A stretch of DNA of 64,000 nucleotides from Octopus vulgaris (lineage: Eukaryota), in the NCBI GenBank assembly GCA_951406725.2, contig OX597814.1:75950001-76014000 (forward strand), in the 5' to 3' direction. Below the pieces are notes generated by a model. That model was not told the DNA's origin. It made no database searches and saw only the letters and a list, made by a program, of their open reading frames with translations. This document shows, one piece after another, positions 12,251 to 26,160 of the stretch. Positions within the stretch are counted from its first letter, which is position 1. The number at the start of each line of letters is the position of its first letter. Position numbers and translations under genes: made by a program.

Positions 12251-14789
12251 CAGTTTAATACTGTATGTTATGTATCAGCTCCACAATCTTAAAATAAATA
12301 ACTAAATCATGAATACTTTTTATTAGCGTCCAGCACTATTTTGTACAAAAATAGAAACAGAGCCTTTTTGATTTTGAAACTGTTTTACAATAATTTTGAT
12401 TTGAAACTGTGTATTGAAACCAGCATTGTTATATTTTGGAAGAGTCATAATTGACAAAACATATAAACACACCCACTGGTTGTCTGATATAGACAAACAA
12501 CCAGTGAGTGTGTTCATAGACTTTACTAATTATGACTCTTCCAAAATGTAATAATATAGGAGTATAGGTTGTTATTCAGAAATTTTGAAAATTTTACAGT
12601 CTAGCCTCACTTCTTCCTCTATAATATGCACTCATAAATAATGCATACCACAAGTTTGGGACAATTAAATGCCAGAAATAATATATTTCATATCGTGACT
12701 TTTTTTTAGAGTAATTTCTATGAAAAGTGACATAAATTAAAAATGAAATTAATAATTTATGGGTAATGTAAAAAAACAACTGACTTTATTGAATTATTGA
12801 AACAAATAAATTCCTAAAAATGGAGGAATCATGCACCCACCTCTAATATTTTTACTTTTGATTTAATTTTAAAGGGTTTTGGAGTTTCTAAGTTTTGAAC
12901 ATCAGATATTCTGTGTTGTATATCATTACATATTACAATATGCATTTGGTTGTTTTGATCTTTAGATCTTGTAAGACAAACATGTCTGCATTCATTTATT
13001 ATGTTCTAAAAATTTCAACTGAAAAGATTGATTATGCAATATATTGTTTAATATAATGCTAAAACCATTTTGATGAAATACAATATATCTTTACAAAAAT
13101 TGTGTATATATTAAATGATTTTAACATATTAAATGTTGTATATTGCTTGAATATTAAACATTATATTGACAGGTTGGTCACAACTGAAATTGTTTCAAGT
13201 TATTATCTTTTATAGCAGGTTGTAAATAAATTTCCAAAAGTATATTTTTGAAGCAGTGTATATACACATACTGAGGTAAGTATGTATGGATGTACAGAAA
13301 TTAAGTACATTTTATCCTTTTGCTGCTTCCATTTTGTTTTACAAATTATTTTGTTGTGTTAGTAACATAGTAAATAGCCTTGAGTGATACAGTCTTGTAG
13401 GTACTTTTATAAAATGTATAATGAATAGTTAACACAATATCACTATCATGTAACTTTACCCTAGTGATTTAAGCTCTTCATTAGATATCAGTTACTTTAG
13501 ATAATAGACATAACTTATGCTATCCAATATATGGCTACACACTTTACAACTCATAAAATGGAAAACGTTTAGTCTTCCTGTATAATTTCCACTCATATCT
13601 TTTAGGTCTAAAACAATAAATATGATATCCTTGCTAATTTAGTTTGCAATTTCTGTAATTGTTATTATATATATATATATATATAAAAATGTACACACAC
13701 ACACATTTATATTTTCTTTTTTTCTGTTTGTTACGCTTTTCTTATTTGCTTTTTTTTTCACCACAAAACTTGCTCATACTATTTTAGTTATTTTAAAAAT
13801 TTAACTGAATATTTATAGCTGAGATTTCACACTAATGTTCTCCATAAATCCTCAAGACATATACTTTAGCAGAACTCAGTTTTAGAGCTATGTCGCCTAT
13901 TATCTGGAATCCAAGCTTAGTTTTGCAGTTAACATAATCTCCAAACATTATATATTTCTTGTTCACCTGAAGTATTCATGAGGTTGGTATTTCTAGCCAG
14001 TAATCACAATTGAAATGACATAACCCACATATATGTTTAAAACACATATGACTGTAACTGTATCTTATGAGATCAATATAGCCTATAATGTTTTACATCA
14101 CATACTACAAGAAACATAGTTCAGAGCTGACCAAATATGATTTCCATTCACAGTAATTAAAAGTATAGAATCACAAGTAGATCATATACGTTATGAATGT
14201 GACTTAATGAATATATATAACCATATTACTCACTTCTTTGTACTGTACTGATTCTTAAACATCCATCATACATACATTCATGCACACATAAGTACATACA
14301 TACCTGCATATATACATATATACATACATATATGCATGCTTGCATGCATACACACACACACACATATATACACACACACACATATGTATACGTGTGTGTA
14401 TATATATGTATGTACACACACACACACACATACTTAGGAGACAAAAATTTCTTTGATACTGGGATTAATGGCTTTGTGAACTGAAATCTAGTCTATCAGA
14501 AATTTTAGCAATAATTATCAACATTGAAGCAGAAGAGGTATTAGTCATTGAAGCAGGAAATTTTAGATGTTTTAAATGTAGACTAATTGCACAGATTACA
14601 ATAATGCAGTGTTTCATTGACATAAAACTTTGGTGTATTCTTTGAAGACCATGAAATTATTTACTAATTCAGCAAGGTTGAAGCAGATGATAGGTGTTGA
14701 CAGTAAGATTGGTGGAGATGAAATATATAGCTTCTTTAGTAATTGGATGTATGACTTGCAGCAGTCAATGTCAATAAGGTCTAATCTAT

Positions 14790-15128
14790 TATGTCCTTAA
14801 CAGTTCATGTCTCAAAGTTAGTGAAAGAGTCTCTATGTCGTTGCTCAATGTATTAGAAATGACAACCAAATTTTCATCATATTACACAACACCATTTTGA
14901 TAAAAAGAAACAAACACAAAAAGGATATATTGGTTGAAAGAGACCTACAATGGCTGGTCTGAGACTAAACAAGATCAGTGACAACAGTTGTTATACATGT
15001 CTTGACTAGGATTGAGGCTTCTCTCTATTTGAAAATATGTGATGTAGTTCACACTTTATCTAAATGTGATGCACTTTCTTATACATACGTGCACACACAC
15101 ACACATGCACACACACACACACACACAT

Positions 15129-15174
<46 letters not shown>

Positions 15175-15595
15175 ACACACACACACACATGCATGCACAT
15201 GCATGTACTTGCATACATCCTGAGTCACACATGAAAATACACTCACTGAAAATCAACAACTCCGTCACACAAGCCAATGACAAACCTCCTATGTGGTCAC
15301 TTAACTTGCTAGAGATAACAGTTGGTTCTCCTTTAAGGTAGAGAGGAAGTTTCTCTGTGGTAGCTTGGCATGTTAGAAATAACAGCCAAATTTACATCAA
15401 ACACACTCTACCATCATGAAAACAAAAAGAAAAGAAAAACTTATTGGACAATGTAGACTACAGGGCTGACCTACCATGTCAAAAAACAGAGTGATACATT
15501 GATCAGAACAATCCTAGTTAGACAAGATGAAAACAGGTGAAGAGTATCTTTTATCATAGGTCTGCTTTCTCTGCTCTGACTGGGGGTTAAACAAC
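14790..15595 (+). repeat. Two or three copies of an unclassified dispersed short repeat around an (AC)n tract
   Basis: Shared ctatgtggtcacttaacttgctagagataacag..ggggttaaacaac pattern, also at 25284-25770 (minus) and 45255-45430. Confidence 0.5.
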
Positions 15596-15669
15596 TATAG
15601 ATGATATCATATTAGTAATTCATGAACTTTTCTCTTTCTTATTTTAAGCAAAATGAGTATTCTATAATT

Positions 15670-15911
15670 CCTTTCAGTCTATAGGTACAAGGTCTGAAAT
15701 TTTGATAGAGACAGTCGATTACATCTACCCTAATGCTCAACTGGTACTCATTTTATCAACTCCTGAAAGGATGGAAGGCATAGCCAACCTCAGCAAAATT
15801 TGAACTAAATATGTAAAGATGGATGTAAAAGGTTCCCTTGAAAGCAAAGATGGACAGAATGCTGCTAAGCATTTTGCCCAACACGCTAACAATTCTGCCA
15901 GCTCGCCACCT
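15670..15911 (-). mobile_element. Deu/Nin-like SINE
   Basis: Reverse complement of head aaggtggcgagctggcagaattgttagc and the central domain. Confidence 0.85.
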
Positions 15912-16859
15912 TATGAGTATCATATAATTAACAAGTGTTTTGTTAACTGCAACATGTTTTCCTTGGGAAAAGATCATTGAAGAAACAGGCTTAACATAGA
16001 GAACATCTGTATATGACAAAAGTCTTCACTGATAGACCACTGCTCCAAGGGATTATGTAACATCTTTATTACACTTACGTGAGGCAAATGCTTGATAGAA
16101 CTGCTTTATTCTGAATGCTCATTGATGTCATTTATTGCTTAGTTACAAGTGAACTACTGGTATAGTTATGCTACTTTTATAGTATAGGTACATGGACCAT
16201 GTGCACAACTGAGCCAAATTCAAATTAGGTCTGAAAATTATAATCCATTTTAACAGTCATCTCAATTAATATAATTTCATGTATTTTATGAAATTTTATT
16301 TTTAACAATGGGGAGATAATCTTTTTAGAAAAATGATTTTTAAAAGGATTCTACTTTAGAAGAGAGCCAGTTGCTTATATTCAGTCATTTATTTTGTTTA
16401 TGTTGAATCCATCTAACATGAAATGATGAAAGTAAACTAGTAATATTGATATCATCATCATTATCTGTTTTCCATACTGACATGGGTTGGGTGGTTTGAC
16501 CAAAGCAGACTAGCCAGATGACTGTGTCAAGCTCCAGCGTTTGATTTGCCTAAGTTTTTATGTCTGGATGCCTTTCTTAATAACACAAGTAAAGGTATAT
16601 AAAATACAATTCAACAAATCAAAGATTATAATTTGCCCAACCAAATGTAATTCAAGAGCCAAGAGAATAATATGATATCAGCAATGGCTATCAGAAGGTT
16701 GTGTTAAACAGTTGATCAAATGAGAGAGAGAGAGAGAGAGAGTGAGTGAAATAGAGCGAGTGAAAGAGAGAGAGAGTACAAGATATCAAAGGATAGACAA
16801 TGAAATGTGAGAGTCTGACAGAAAGAAAGATGACAACTGAAAGGAACAGAAGGCTAAAT

Positions 16860-17090
16860 TAAACTGAATGTCAGACCTTCTAAGAAAAAATGTGAGAGGA
16901 GTCTCCTTATTTCGTCTGCTGCTACATTGAATTCAAATTCCACCCACGTCAACTTTGCTTTTTATCCTTTCAGGGTTGTAAATTAAGTAGCAGTAGAGTA
17001 CTTGGGCCAATATAATTGACTAGTTCCCTCCCATCAAATTTCAGGCCTTGTACCTTTAGTAGAAAGGATTATTATTATTATTATTATTTT
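16860..17090 (+). mobile_element. Deu/Nin-like SINE (degenerate head) with (TTA)n tail
   Basis: ttcaaattccacccacgtcaactttgcttttt atcctttcaggg...tttcaggccttgtacctttagtagaaaggattatt. Confidence 0.75.
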
Positions 17091-17282
17091 CTCATTTATT
17101 TTTGTAATGTTCCACTTGGAACAGTTGTGGTGATAAAGACAGTGTTATTAACATCTTTTTTATTGTTATAATGTCTCCTCATCCTACTCTCCTGTGGCAA
17201 ATAAAGAAATGATTATCGTTGTTGTTGCTACTACTACTATTATTATTATTATTATTATTATTACTATTATTATTATTATAGC

Positions 17283-17487
17283 AAAGTGGCAAGCTGACAG
17301 AATCGTTCGCATGCTGGAAAAATTATTAGTGGCATTTTATCCATCTTTACATTCTGAGTTCAAATTCTGCCAAAGTCGACTTTGCCTTTCATCCCTTTGT
17401 GGGTTGATGAAATAAGTACCAGTCGAATAATTGACTAACCCCCTTCCTCAAAATTCAGGCCTTGTGCCTATAGTAGAAAGGATTATG
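17283..17487 (+). mobile_element. Deu/Nin-like SINE preceded by (TTA)n
   Basis: Complete head, central domain and tail. Confidence 0.85.
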
Positions 17488-17498
17488 ATAATTATTAA

Positions 17499-17719
17499 CC
17501 CGTTTGTTAACATATTTCTGTCGAGATCCTCTGTGTTTCTTTCAATGAATTCTAAATATAACAAAGAATTTAGTAAAATAACTTAGTTATCATTAAGCTA
17601 ATGTTAAGAACATAAGTTGTGACTAAGGTTTGGTGGAAGATTTTAATTCAGAACTTTTGAAACAAGACATTTGTACTACTGAACCAGAGCCAGTTTCATC
17701 TGGGTTTGTATCAAAAGGG
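17499..17719. mobile_element. piggyBac-like MITE
   Basis: TTAA duplication at 17495-17498 and 17720-17723. Termini cccgtttgtta / tatcaaaaggg. Confidence 0.8.
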
Positions 17720-17787
17720 TTAAAAAGTAAGAAAATCAATCCAGTATCACCCATCCTAGTTAATGTCTCTTTGAGTGCCTAACATGA

Positions 17788-18431
17788 TCATCATCATCAT
17801 TTAACATCCGCTTTCCATGCTAGCATAGGTTGGATGATTTGACTGAGGATTGGCGAACCAGATGGCTGCACCAGGCTCCAATCTGATCTGGTAGAGTTTC
17901 TACAGCTGGATGCTCTTCCTAATGCCAACCACTCTGAGAGTGTAGCAAGTGCTTTTATATGCCACCGGCACAAGGGCCAGTCAGGCGATACTGGCAACGG
18001 CCATGCTTAAATGGTGTTTTTTACGTGCCACCTGCACAGGAGTCAGTCCAGCAGCACTGGCAACGATCTCGCTCAAATGTTTTGTTCACGTGCCACTGGC
18101 ACAAGTGCCAGTAAGGCAACGCAGGTAACGATCATGCTCAAATGGTGCTTTTTACCTGCCACCGGCATGGAAGCCAGACAGCTGTTAGTGCTCCATTGGC
18201 ATGGGTGCCAGTCATTGGATTTGGTTCAATTTCAATTTCATTTACCCCAACAGGTCTTCGCAAGCAGAGTTTAGTGTCCAATGAAGGAAGGTTGACATGG
18301 GTGCCAGTCGAATTTGGTTCGATTTCAAATTCAATTTCGATTTCAATTTCACTTACCTCAACAGGTCTTCGCAAGCAGAGTTTTGTGTCCAAAGGAAGGT
18401 ATGCATAAGTAAAGGCCACGGGTTATGGTCT
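17788..18431 (-). mobile_element. RTE 3' UTR fused to the Meta-like module, with a tandem duplication of the UTR segment
   Basis: caacaggtcttcgcaagcagagttt(a/t)gtgtccaa occurs twice (~18250 and ~18360) and matches the 3' UTR after the RTE ORFs at 26663 and 58205. Followed by the Meta-like module and (GAT)n. Confidence 0.85.
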
Positions 18432-18473
18432 GTGGCTAATAAAAAAAAGATTATTATTTATGATTGTCCCTTG

Positions 18474-18830
18474 TAAAGTGGTAAGCTGGTAGAATTATTA
18501 GATCATTCTAAAAAACTGATATGTGATATTTGTTCCAGCACTTTACATTCTGAGTTTAAATCTCACTGAAGTTAACTTTGATTTCATCTCTCTGAGACCG
18601 ATAAAATAGTTTGAACTATTCCTCTTCCTTTCAGAATTGCTGACTTAGTGTGCAAAGCAGAAATCATCATTAATGTCCTCAGTACTGAACTGGTACCTTT
18701 CATCTCTTCAATACTGAAAGGATAAAAGATAAAGTTGGCCTCAATAAGATTTGAACTTTGCACACAAAGAGACAGAGGACTGCTTGACATTCTTTCAAAC
18801 ACATTGATTACCCTACCAAATTCTCTGCTG
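18474..18830. mobile_element. Two decayed Deu/Nin-like SINEs, tail to tail
   Basis: Plus copy 18474-18668 and minus copy ~18677-18830. Confidence 0.65.
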
Positions 18831-19594
18831 TATTATTGCTATCTCTTTGTGATTTGAGTTTTAATCCTGCTATGAAGAGCAACTTTTACTTTGAATTTTT
18901 CTGGTTTCAATAACATACATGTCAGTTATGCACAGATTGATTAAATAAAGAATGACCCACCCACCAAAAATTTGTAATTTTGTGCTTAAGTTAGACATCA
19001 TCATCATCACCAAAAAGCAACACCACCACCACCATCACTACCACTACCACAATCATCCTTATCATTTTATATCAGCTTTTCATGTTGGCATGGATTAGAC
19101 ATGTCATCAGTGTCCAAGTCAGTTTTCATTCAGAGTTGTTGCCATCTTAAACTGGTTAAAGGATTACATCTCATTCATACATTTCATTTTCTGGTTGGAT
19201 TCTACAGGTAGATGTCCTTCCAAACACAAAGTAATTTACAGAGTATCATGGTATCAGCATTAGTGTGATATCCATTAAAACTAAAGAGTTTTCTCTAGTC
19301 TACAGTGGGATTTGCTCAAGGCAACTTGTTGAACAGAATAAATATGAGATATATATATATATAATGGTTTCTGATTAAGGCACAAAGCCAGCACTTTTGG
19401 GAGGAAGAGGAATAGCCAAAACCATTGACATTCCCCACTCCCACCGAAGTTCTAATATTTTTATTTTATCAACCCTGTAGGGATGAAAGGTGGTATTTGA
19501 ACTCAGAATTTTATTAGGGAGAGGAGGGATTATTAGCAGTAGAGAAAGAATGATGGTAGAGTGTATCAGGTTGGTGTTGATGAATACTCTAGAA

Positions 19595-21442
19595 CAGGGG
19601 CTACCTTATTATGGTCCATGGACTGGATCTGGCCCCCTCACTGCACTGCATTTAGAGTTCATTCCTGCAGTGATCATGTTTTAACTTGCATTGCTATCTT
19701 TAAACATTTTCTGCATGAGAATGTTTGCTGAAAAGGAATATGCCACTCATACAAATTACAAAATAGTGCATAAGATGGCAGAGTGAGGAAAACGATTTAC
19801 TGATGACAACTTCACCAAAGAATGTATGATGGAAGCAGCAAATGACTTGTGTCCTGAGAAAGCTCATTCATTTGGAAGTATCAATTTTTCAGCAAGCACA
19901 GTTGTGTGGAGAATAGAAGAACTTGGAGAGAACATAGTGCTACAGGTATGCAAGAAAGCAAGGAACTTCTCTGGTGCTGGACGAGTCTACTGATCTCTCA
20001 ACTTCTTTTGTTCATTTGTGCTGTTAATTTGGATTTTCAGATCACAGAAGAGTTGGCATCTGTTTGCAGCATGCACAGAACAACAACTGGAGAAGATATT
20101 TTCATGGAAGTTCAGTAAACTTTGCAAGGCTATAATAATCTTCAGTGGAATGAGCTTCGATGTGTTGATGGAGGAAAAAACATGGCTGGAGTGAGGAAGG
20201 GTCTGGTGGGGCAGATCAGGACTAAGTTGAAAGATCTTCAACTCTCAGGTGCTCTGTTTATACCCTGCATCAACAAGTACTCTGTGGGAAAAATTTAGAT
20301 ATTTCTTGCATACTGAAACCAGTTGTTCCTGTAGTGAACTTCAGTTGGGGACATGCACTTAACCACAGTCAGTTCCAGGCTTTTCTTGAAGAAATTTATT
20401 CTGAATTTTGTGACACAGCAGTGAGGAGGCTGAGCTGTAGAAAAATTCTCTTTCATTTTTATAAGCCCTGATGTGAAATAGGTATTTTTCTCACTGAAAA
20501 AGATAAAGCTGGATCATTTCTGTCAGGTCCTACCTGGCTGTCAAAGTTGTCATTTTTGGTTGACATCACATACCACATGAATGAATTGAACTTCAAATTT
20601 CAAGGAAAGGATAACCTTATCTGTGATTTCTACAGAATCATCAAAGGATTGCAGAGAAAGCTATCAATTTGAAGCACAACTTGAAGGAGGAAACTTCTCT
20701 CATTTTCAATGTTTCAAAGAGTTTCACAGTGGAATCACAGAAGTTGTTAACTTCAAGCTTCTGAAGAAGAGCATTTGTGATCAAAATTAGCATTTTTTTT
20801 TTAGATTTAAATATGCATTTTTGGGGAGTGACATTCTCCTGTTTCAGAAATTGTTTGATTGTAATCTTGATGACATTGCATTTGAACTACAGTTGGTGCT
20901 CATTGATTTGCAAGCAAATGACTTGTTGAAAGAGAAGCACAGAGAAGGAAAACTTGTTGAATTTCATCACTGCTCAGCTGATGAGTTTTCAAAGTTGAAG
21001 AAATTTGCCCCTGGTATGGCATCAGTGTTTGGAACAACTTATATCTGTGAACAAAAATTTTCAAAAATGAAGAATGTGAAGTTAGCACATCAAACAAGGT
21101 TCACTGATGAACATTTGAAAGCAATTCTCTTGGTTGGATGCAATAATTCCAAAGCAAATATTGATGATATCTTAAAAGTTAAACACCAGTTTCACAAATC
21201 TCATTAACCGTTTTTTCTGCTTAGCTTGTGAGATTTGGATATATGATATATGCACACTGGGTGTGATATAACTATCTTATTGCTAATGTCGCCTTATTTG
21301 ATAACTTTTGGTAAATAAATATGCTGGTTGTCTTTATTTTTTTGTGTATTCACTGTATTGTATTGAACTAAATGGTTATGTGGCCCATGCTCGTCATGCT
21401 CTCAGTTATCTGGCCACTGTGCAAAAAGTTTGGTGACCCCTG
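19595..21442 (+). mobile_element. hAT (Buster/Charlie, GTF2IRD2-like) transposon, deleted and decayed
   Basis: Termini cagggg...cccctg. Degenerate 8-bp TSD ctctagaa/gtctaaaa (nTCTAGAn preference). Motifs LDESTDLSQLLLFI, AVRRLSCRK and SVFGTTYICEQKFSKMK..RFTDEHL (dimerisation domain). Confidence 0.92.
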
Positions 21443-22224
21443 GTCTAAAATATAATTATTTCTTGCATTGGCCATAACAACCATCATTGCAATCAATTCA
21501 TTCAGATGGTAAACATGGCTGATTTTGAAATAAAGATGGACCAAAGAAATGCATTGTTCCATAGAAAACAAAATGAACTGAGAAAGACATATGAAAGGCA
21601 GGGTCCAACACTTAGTTTCTATTCTTGATTGAAGTTATTTTCACCTAATTACATTGATAATACCTTTTGAAAAGCTACAAAATCACAATTTTCATTTAAC
21701 ATCTTTTCACATGCTAATTCACCAAAGACAACAAGAATGCCATTTTAGTCAACTATGAATTTTAAATTACAACACTACGTTCACAAAATATATAAACCAT
21801 ACAGAAAAATGGGTGTGTTACTAAAAATTTAATAACAAGTTACATAATGGTAAAATTTCAGGTCATATTCAATTAAATTACACCAATTTTTTTTTATTCT
21901 TGTTGTGTATTTAAATTTAATTTGAGGAGTAATTTGAGACTAAATGGAAAATATCTGTTTAAACAAAATGTGTTTACAGACACACAATGTTTATGTGAAG
22001 TAGAATTCTCTTTCATATAATAATTGTGTCTGCATCAATACCGCTTTGCATAAAAGTGTATGTATTATGGCTATCCTTTCAGAGGAAATAAACTAAACCA
22101 TTCAGAAATCTTTAAATTCTACATCTGCTTATGTATAAACTATTGTATAATGTATTTATGTATTTATGCCTGTATATATATATGTGCATGTGTGTATATG
22201 TATGTATACAAATATAAGTATATA

Positions 22225-23112
22225 CAGGGTGTGGAAAATAAATTGTCATCTAAATTACTCAAAAATGAAAATAATACTAACATCTCATTTTAACAGATAT
22301 ATTTACCAAAATTACATAAAAATATCTTCAAATACTGAAGAGTAAATTTATTCAATAGAATTGCCATTGGTGTCAACCACAGCCTCCAGATGACTTCAGA
22401 ATCTCCTGCAACTCTTCTGGATGGTTTTCTTCTTTAAGTTGGTGTATGCTGCCATAATCCTTGCCTTCAGTTCTTCTTTGGTGTTACAATGAGTTTTGTT
22501 GGTCTCTTACATATCTGCATCCCACACATAATAATTAAGGGGATTGCAGTCTAGGGAGCTAGGTGGCCAGATGTTAGGGGTGATGTGGTCGCAGAAATTG
22601 TCTGAGAGCCATGACTGGGTTCTCCTGCTTGTGTGGCATGGTGTAGAGTCCCGTCACTAAATGTAGGGTCTTCCAGCAGCCACCCTCTTGACCCAGGGCA
22701 GCACTACCTACTCCAGGTACTTGATGTAGGCCTCCGTGTTGAGTGTGAAACTGTGTAGAAAGATAAATGGAGGCATAACGTTACCATCATTAGTGATCAC
22801 TCCAAACACCATGATGTTGACTGGATGTTGGATTTTGATCACCCTCAGTACATGTCCTCAGATTGCACTGTCTTCAGATTGACATCCAAGCACTCTGAAA
22901 TGTTTGTATTGGAGCTTCCAGCACAAATACCATGCAGTACAGAATGTTGTTTCCAAATTTTTGGTAGAGTGAATTGCGTCATGGTGTTGTTTTTTCTCAG
23001 ATGGTGCCCAACTGACCCTACTTTACTATGTAGTTGACAAAATCAAAAACAAACAATGGACATGCACGAAATTAAAAATATAGAATGGTGAAAATTTACC
23101 CACCATACTCTG
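22225..23112 (-). mobile_element. maT-like (DD37D) Tc1/mariner element, internally deleted
   Basis: TA flanks, diverged TIRs cagggtgtgg..aaattgtcatc / cagagtatgg..aaattttcacc. Translation DSTPCHTSRRTQSWLSDNFCDHITPNIWPPSSLDCNPL(N)YYVW gives 37 residues between the second and third catalytic positions. Confidence 0.85.
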
Positions 23113-25433
23113 TATATGTATGCATATATATATATATATCAAAATAAGCAACAAGGATATCCAGCGGTAATGCAGTACCATCATTTCATGCAACTCCATT
23201 TAATTGAACAATGCAATTATTTCATTACATCAATTTAAAATGTAGAGCAATCCTCAGCTGCACAAAGACATAGAATTTAATTGAATTAGAACAGAAGGAC
23301 ACGTTATTATAATTTTACCTAAAATCTCCAAGAAGTTAAGGAGATAGACAAAGAACATGTTGTACTAACAACATCATCCCCTCCCCCAATCTATGGGGCC
23401 TCTAGGCAACTGCCCAGTGTGCCTATGCTTTATTATAGCACTGCATTGATACAGCTTGTCTCTGTCCCACATAAACAAAATATCTTGTAATTCAATGCAT
23501 GAGAACCAGCGGTATAATGTGTTTTCCTTGAAACAAATAAGGGTTGGCTTGCAAAAAGGTATGCAGCCATAGAATACTGCATCAAGAAGGTTTGTCCAAC
23601 CTTTGCCAGTATGGGAAAGCATATGTAAAACAATGATTATTATATGAATGTATTTTTCTTTGAGCTTTATTTAAGTTCTTTAGAGAGTTTAAGCCAGGTG
23701 CTAACAAAGAAACAAGGCTTTTTGAGTCAAGAGAGTTCCAAGTGTTTGTAAATATGTGGTTGAGTTAGTGTGTTGGTTGAGATGTCAGTGCACTCATTGA
23801 AATGTGTGCATCTATTCACCTAAAGAATCCCAGATGGGGAATTTTTGGCATGTCTTACAAATCTTCTCTGTTCCACTAATAGATTGGAATTGGTGAATCT
23901 ACAGCAGTTTCTTTTACTCTTTCTTTGAAAAACCTAATATTTCTAGAATTTTGTGTAAATTTGCATGTATGTATGTATGTATGTATGTTTCTGTGTGTGT
24001 ATGTATGTATGTATGTATGTATGTATGTATGTATGTATGTATGTATGTATGTATGCATGTATGTATACATATATATGTGTGTGTATATACATACATACAT
24101 ATAGATAGATAGATAGAGAGAGAGACTATGTTATAAAATTACTTCTCTAAAATTTATATGCGCCACTGTTTCGTGTCCATCAATAAGATATTAAACATCA
24201 GTTGTTATTAGGTGAAAGCTATCAGAGTTGCTAGGAGTAATTTTATCTCCCACTAAAACCTTGATTCATCACTGAATGCAATAACATCATAGACAGTAGC
24301 TAGATCAGAGAAGAGGAATGGAGATGTCAACAAATCTTTCGCTATGAATGAAATCTCATTATTCTTGTCACATTCAACATCATTTCACTTCATCTCCATA
24401 CATGACTACTTTTCTTATTCTTTCTTTAAGTAAAATGAAGACAAAATAATATAAAGTAAAAAGCAAAAAAAAGAAAAGAAACAAATGAAGAAAAGAAAAG
24501 CCAAAAAGTTTATAGAAAGGAAAAAGAAATTGATAAAGCAGTAAGAGACTTGACAATGAATGAAATATATCTTCTGCTGAGCCACTAGATTTTCAAAAAC
24601 AAATTATTCAGAATTAATTGGTAATAGAGTCATCTTTAGCATCAATATCAGCAGCAGTGTAGTAACAACAGCAAACACAACAACAAATTCAATGTCTTCG
24701 TTGTTGTTTCCTGTTGTTTTTTGTAGTTATTTTTTATTTTTTTATAGATTATTCATTGAAAAAGAAGATATATGTGTTCTGTATGCTTAATGAGATTTTT
24801 TTTCAAATATATGTTAATTACTCTCATGAAAATAGAAAAAATAATGTCAATGTTGGAGCCATTAAGTCTTTTGATCTCTCAATTGAAGTAGAAAGGAATA
24901 TTTTATCATCCAGTTTGTAGGGATCTTAACAACTGCTTAGTTGCTTCACTCACAGTTTCTTAATATGGTTTCCATATCAATTGCATGCTGAGCTGGATCT
25001 GTTTAAGGCAAGGATCAACAAAGTGAACTTTATGACAATAGACTCGATCATTTCCTTTGAAATGCAAGGTAATCTTTAAGAAGAGAATTTATTTATTTAT
25101 TTATTGGCAGCTCAATTATTGCCTGGCTTTGGATTACAAATTACACAAATATAAAGGAGCTGCCATTCTTTGATAGCGTTTGCAACCAATGTGTTTGTGC
25201 AAGAAATATTTTGCAAGAAATATAGTAATTGCATAGCAGACAACAGATGGGTATAGACTTACCAATATTTGAAAACTACATATCGTTGTTGTTTAGCCCC
25301 ATGTCAGCTTTGATGAAGCAGGCTTATGATCAAAACATTCCAGCATTGACCATCCTGTCTACTGCTCCAACAATATATCCAGTGCTACATTAATTAATAT
25401 ATCCTTCACATTTTAAGATACTGTTTTAGGAAA

Positions 25434-25705
25434 TTATGTTTATATATTTGTTTTGCAAGATTCTTGATGTGAAATGGTGTGTTGAAACAGATATTGTTAT
25501 ATTTGAGGATAGTCTTTTGTTTTTTGTTTTTTCTGCTAAACAAACACATGCACCATATATTTGTTCTTCACTTCAGATTTATTATTGTTCTTATTTTATT
25601 TTCCTTTGTCTGAAAATTTTTCACCACACATCCTGTGAACTCTTCAGGGACTCTCCATCCCATGTGATTCCTCCTGTTCTGTTTAGTTCATTCTGACTTT
25701 CTATG
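25434..25705 (-). mobile_element. ~270-bp insertion with hammerhead-like motif, flanked by direct repeat gttttaggaaa
   Basis: Direct repeats at 25423-25433 and 25706-25716. Interrupts a copy of the unclassified repeat. Confidence 0.55.
25608..25651 (-). ncRNA. Minimal type I hammerhead ribozyme-like motif
   Basis: Minus strand GUCC-CUGAAGA-GUUCAC aggaugu GUGGU-GAAA-AAUU-UUC-AGAC. Core intact, stem II imperfect. Confidence 0.55.
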
Positions 25706-26160
25706 GTTTTAGGAAAATTTAGCAGTTATTTCTAATAAATCAAGAGTTCATATAGAGAGGTCACTTGCTACCTGGCTTGATAATATATTATCAGAATATA
25801 AAGCGGTGGATTTGTAAAAACAATGAATCGTTTGACTAAATGGGTTTTAGTATTTCAATCAATCCCTCCATCTTCTGAGCTGCTCTGTCCATGTAATGGA
25901 GGTCAATAAGGATGGCAACTATCATATATAGAGTGCACTAGTGTTAGCAGATGTGTTAAGGAAGTTATATTAACAGCAAAATGTAATGCAAACTTCTATG
26001 CATGGCTTACGTACCAGAGTAACAAACTAAGACCAAATACCTTGACCTGATTGGCAAAAGAAACCCTGATCTAATATATTCTAATATATATAACTTGATG
26101 TAAAGCAGTATATATGTACATTGCTTTACACAATTTGTATTAGATGCTATATATATATAT

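Noticed and set aside
17950-18400. CRISPR-like repeat-spacer array
   Set aside because: Eukaryotic retroelement UTR; the spacers are related to each other and there are no cas genes.
19070-19115. Minus-strand CTGATGA...GAAA
   Set aside because: Falls in a decayed Meta-like tail and the stems do not close properly.
24956-25068. Open frame ending at caag|gtaatc as an exon
   Set aside because: Weak splice sites and unrecognisable peptide.
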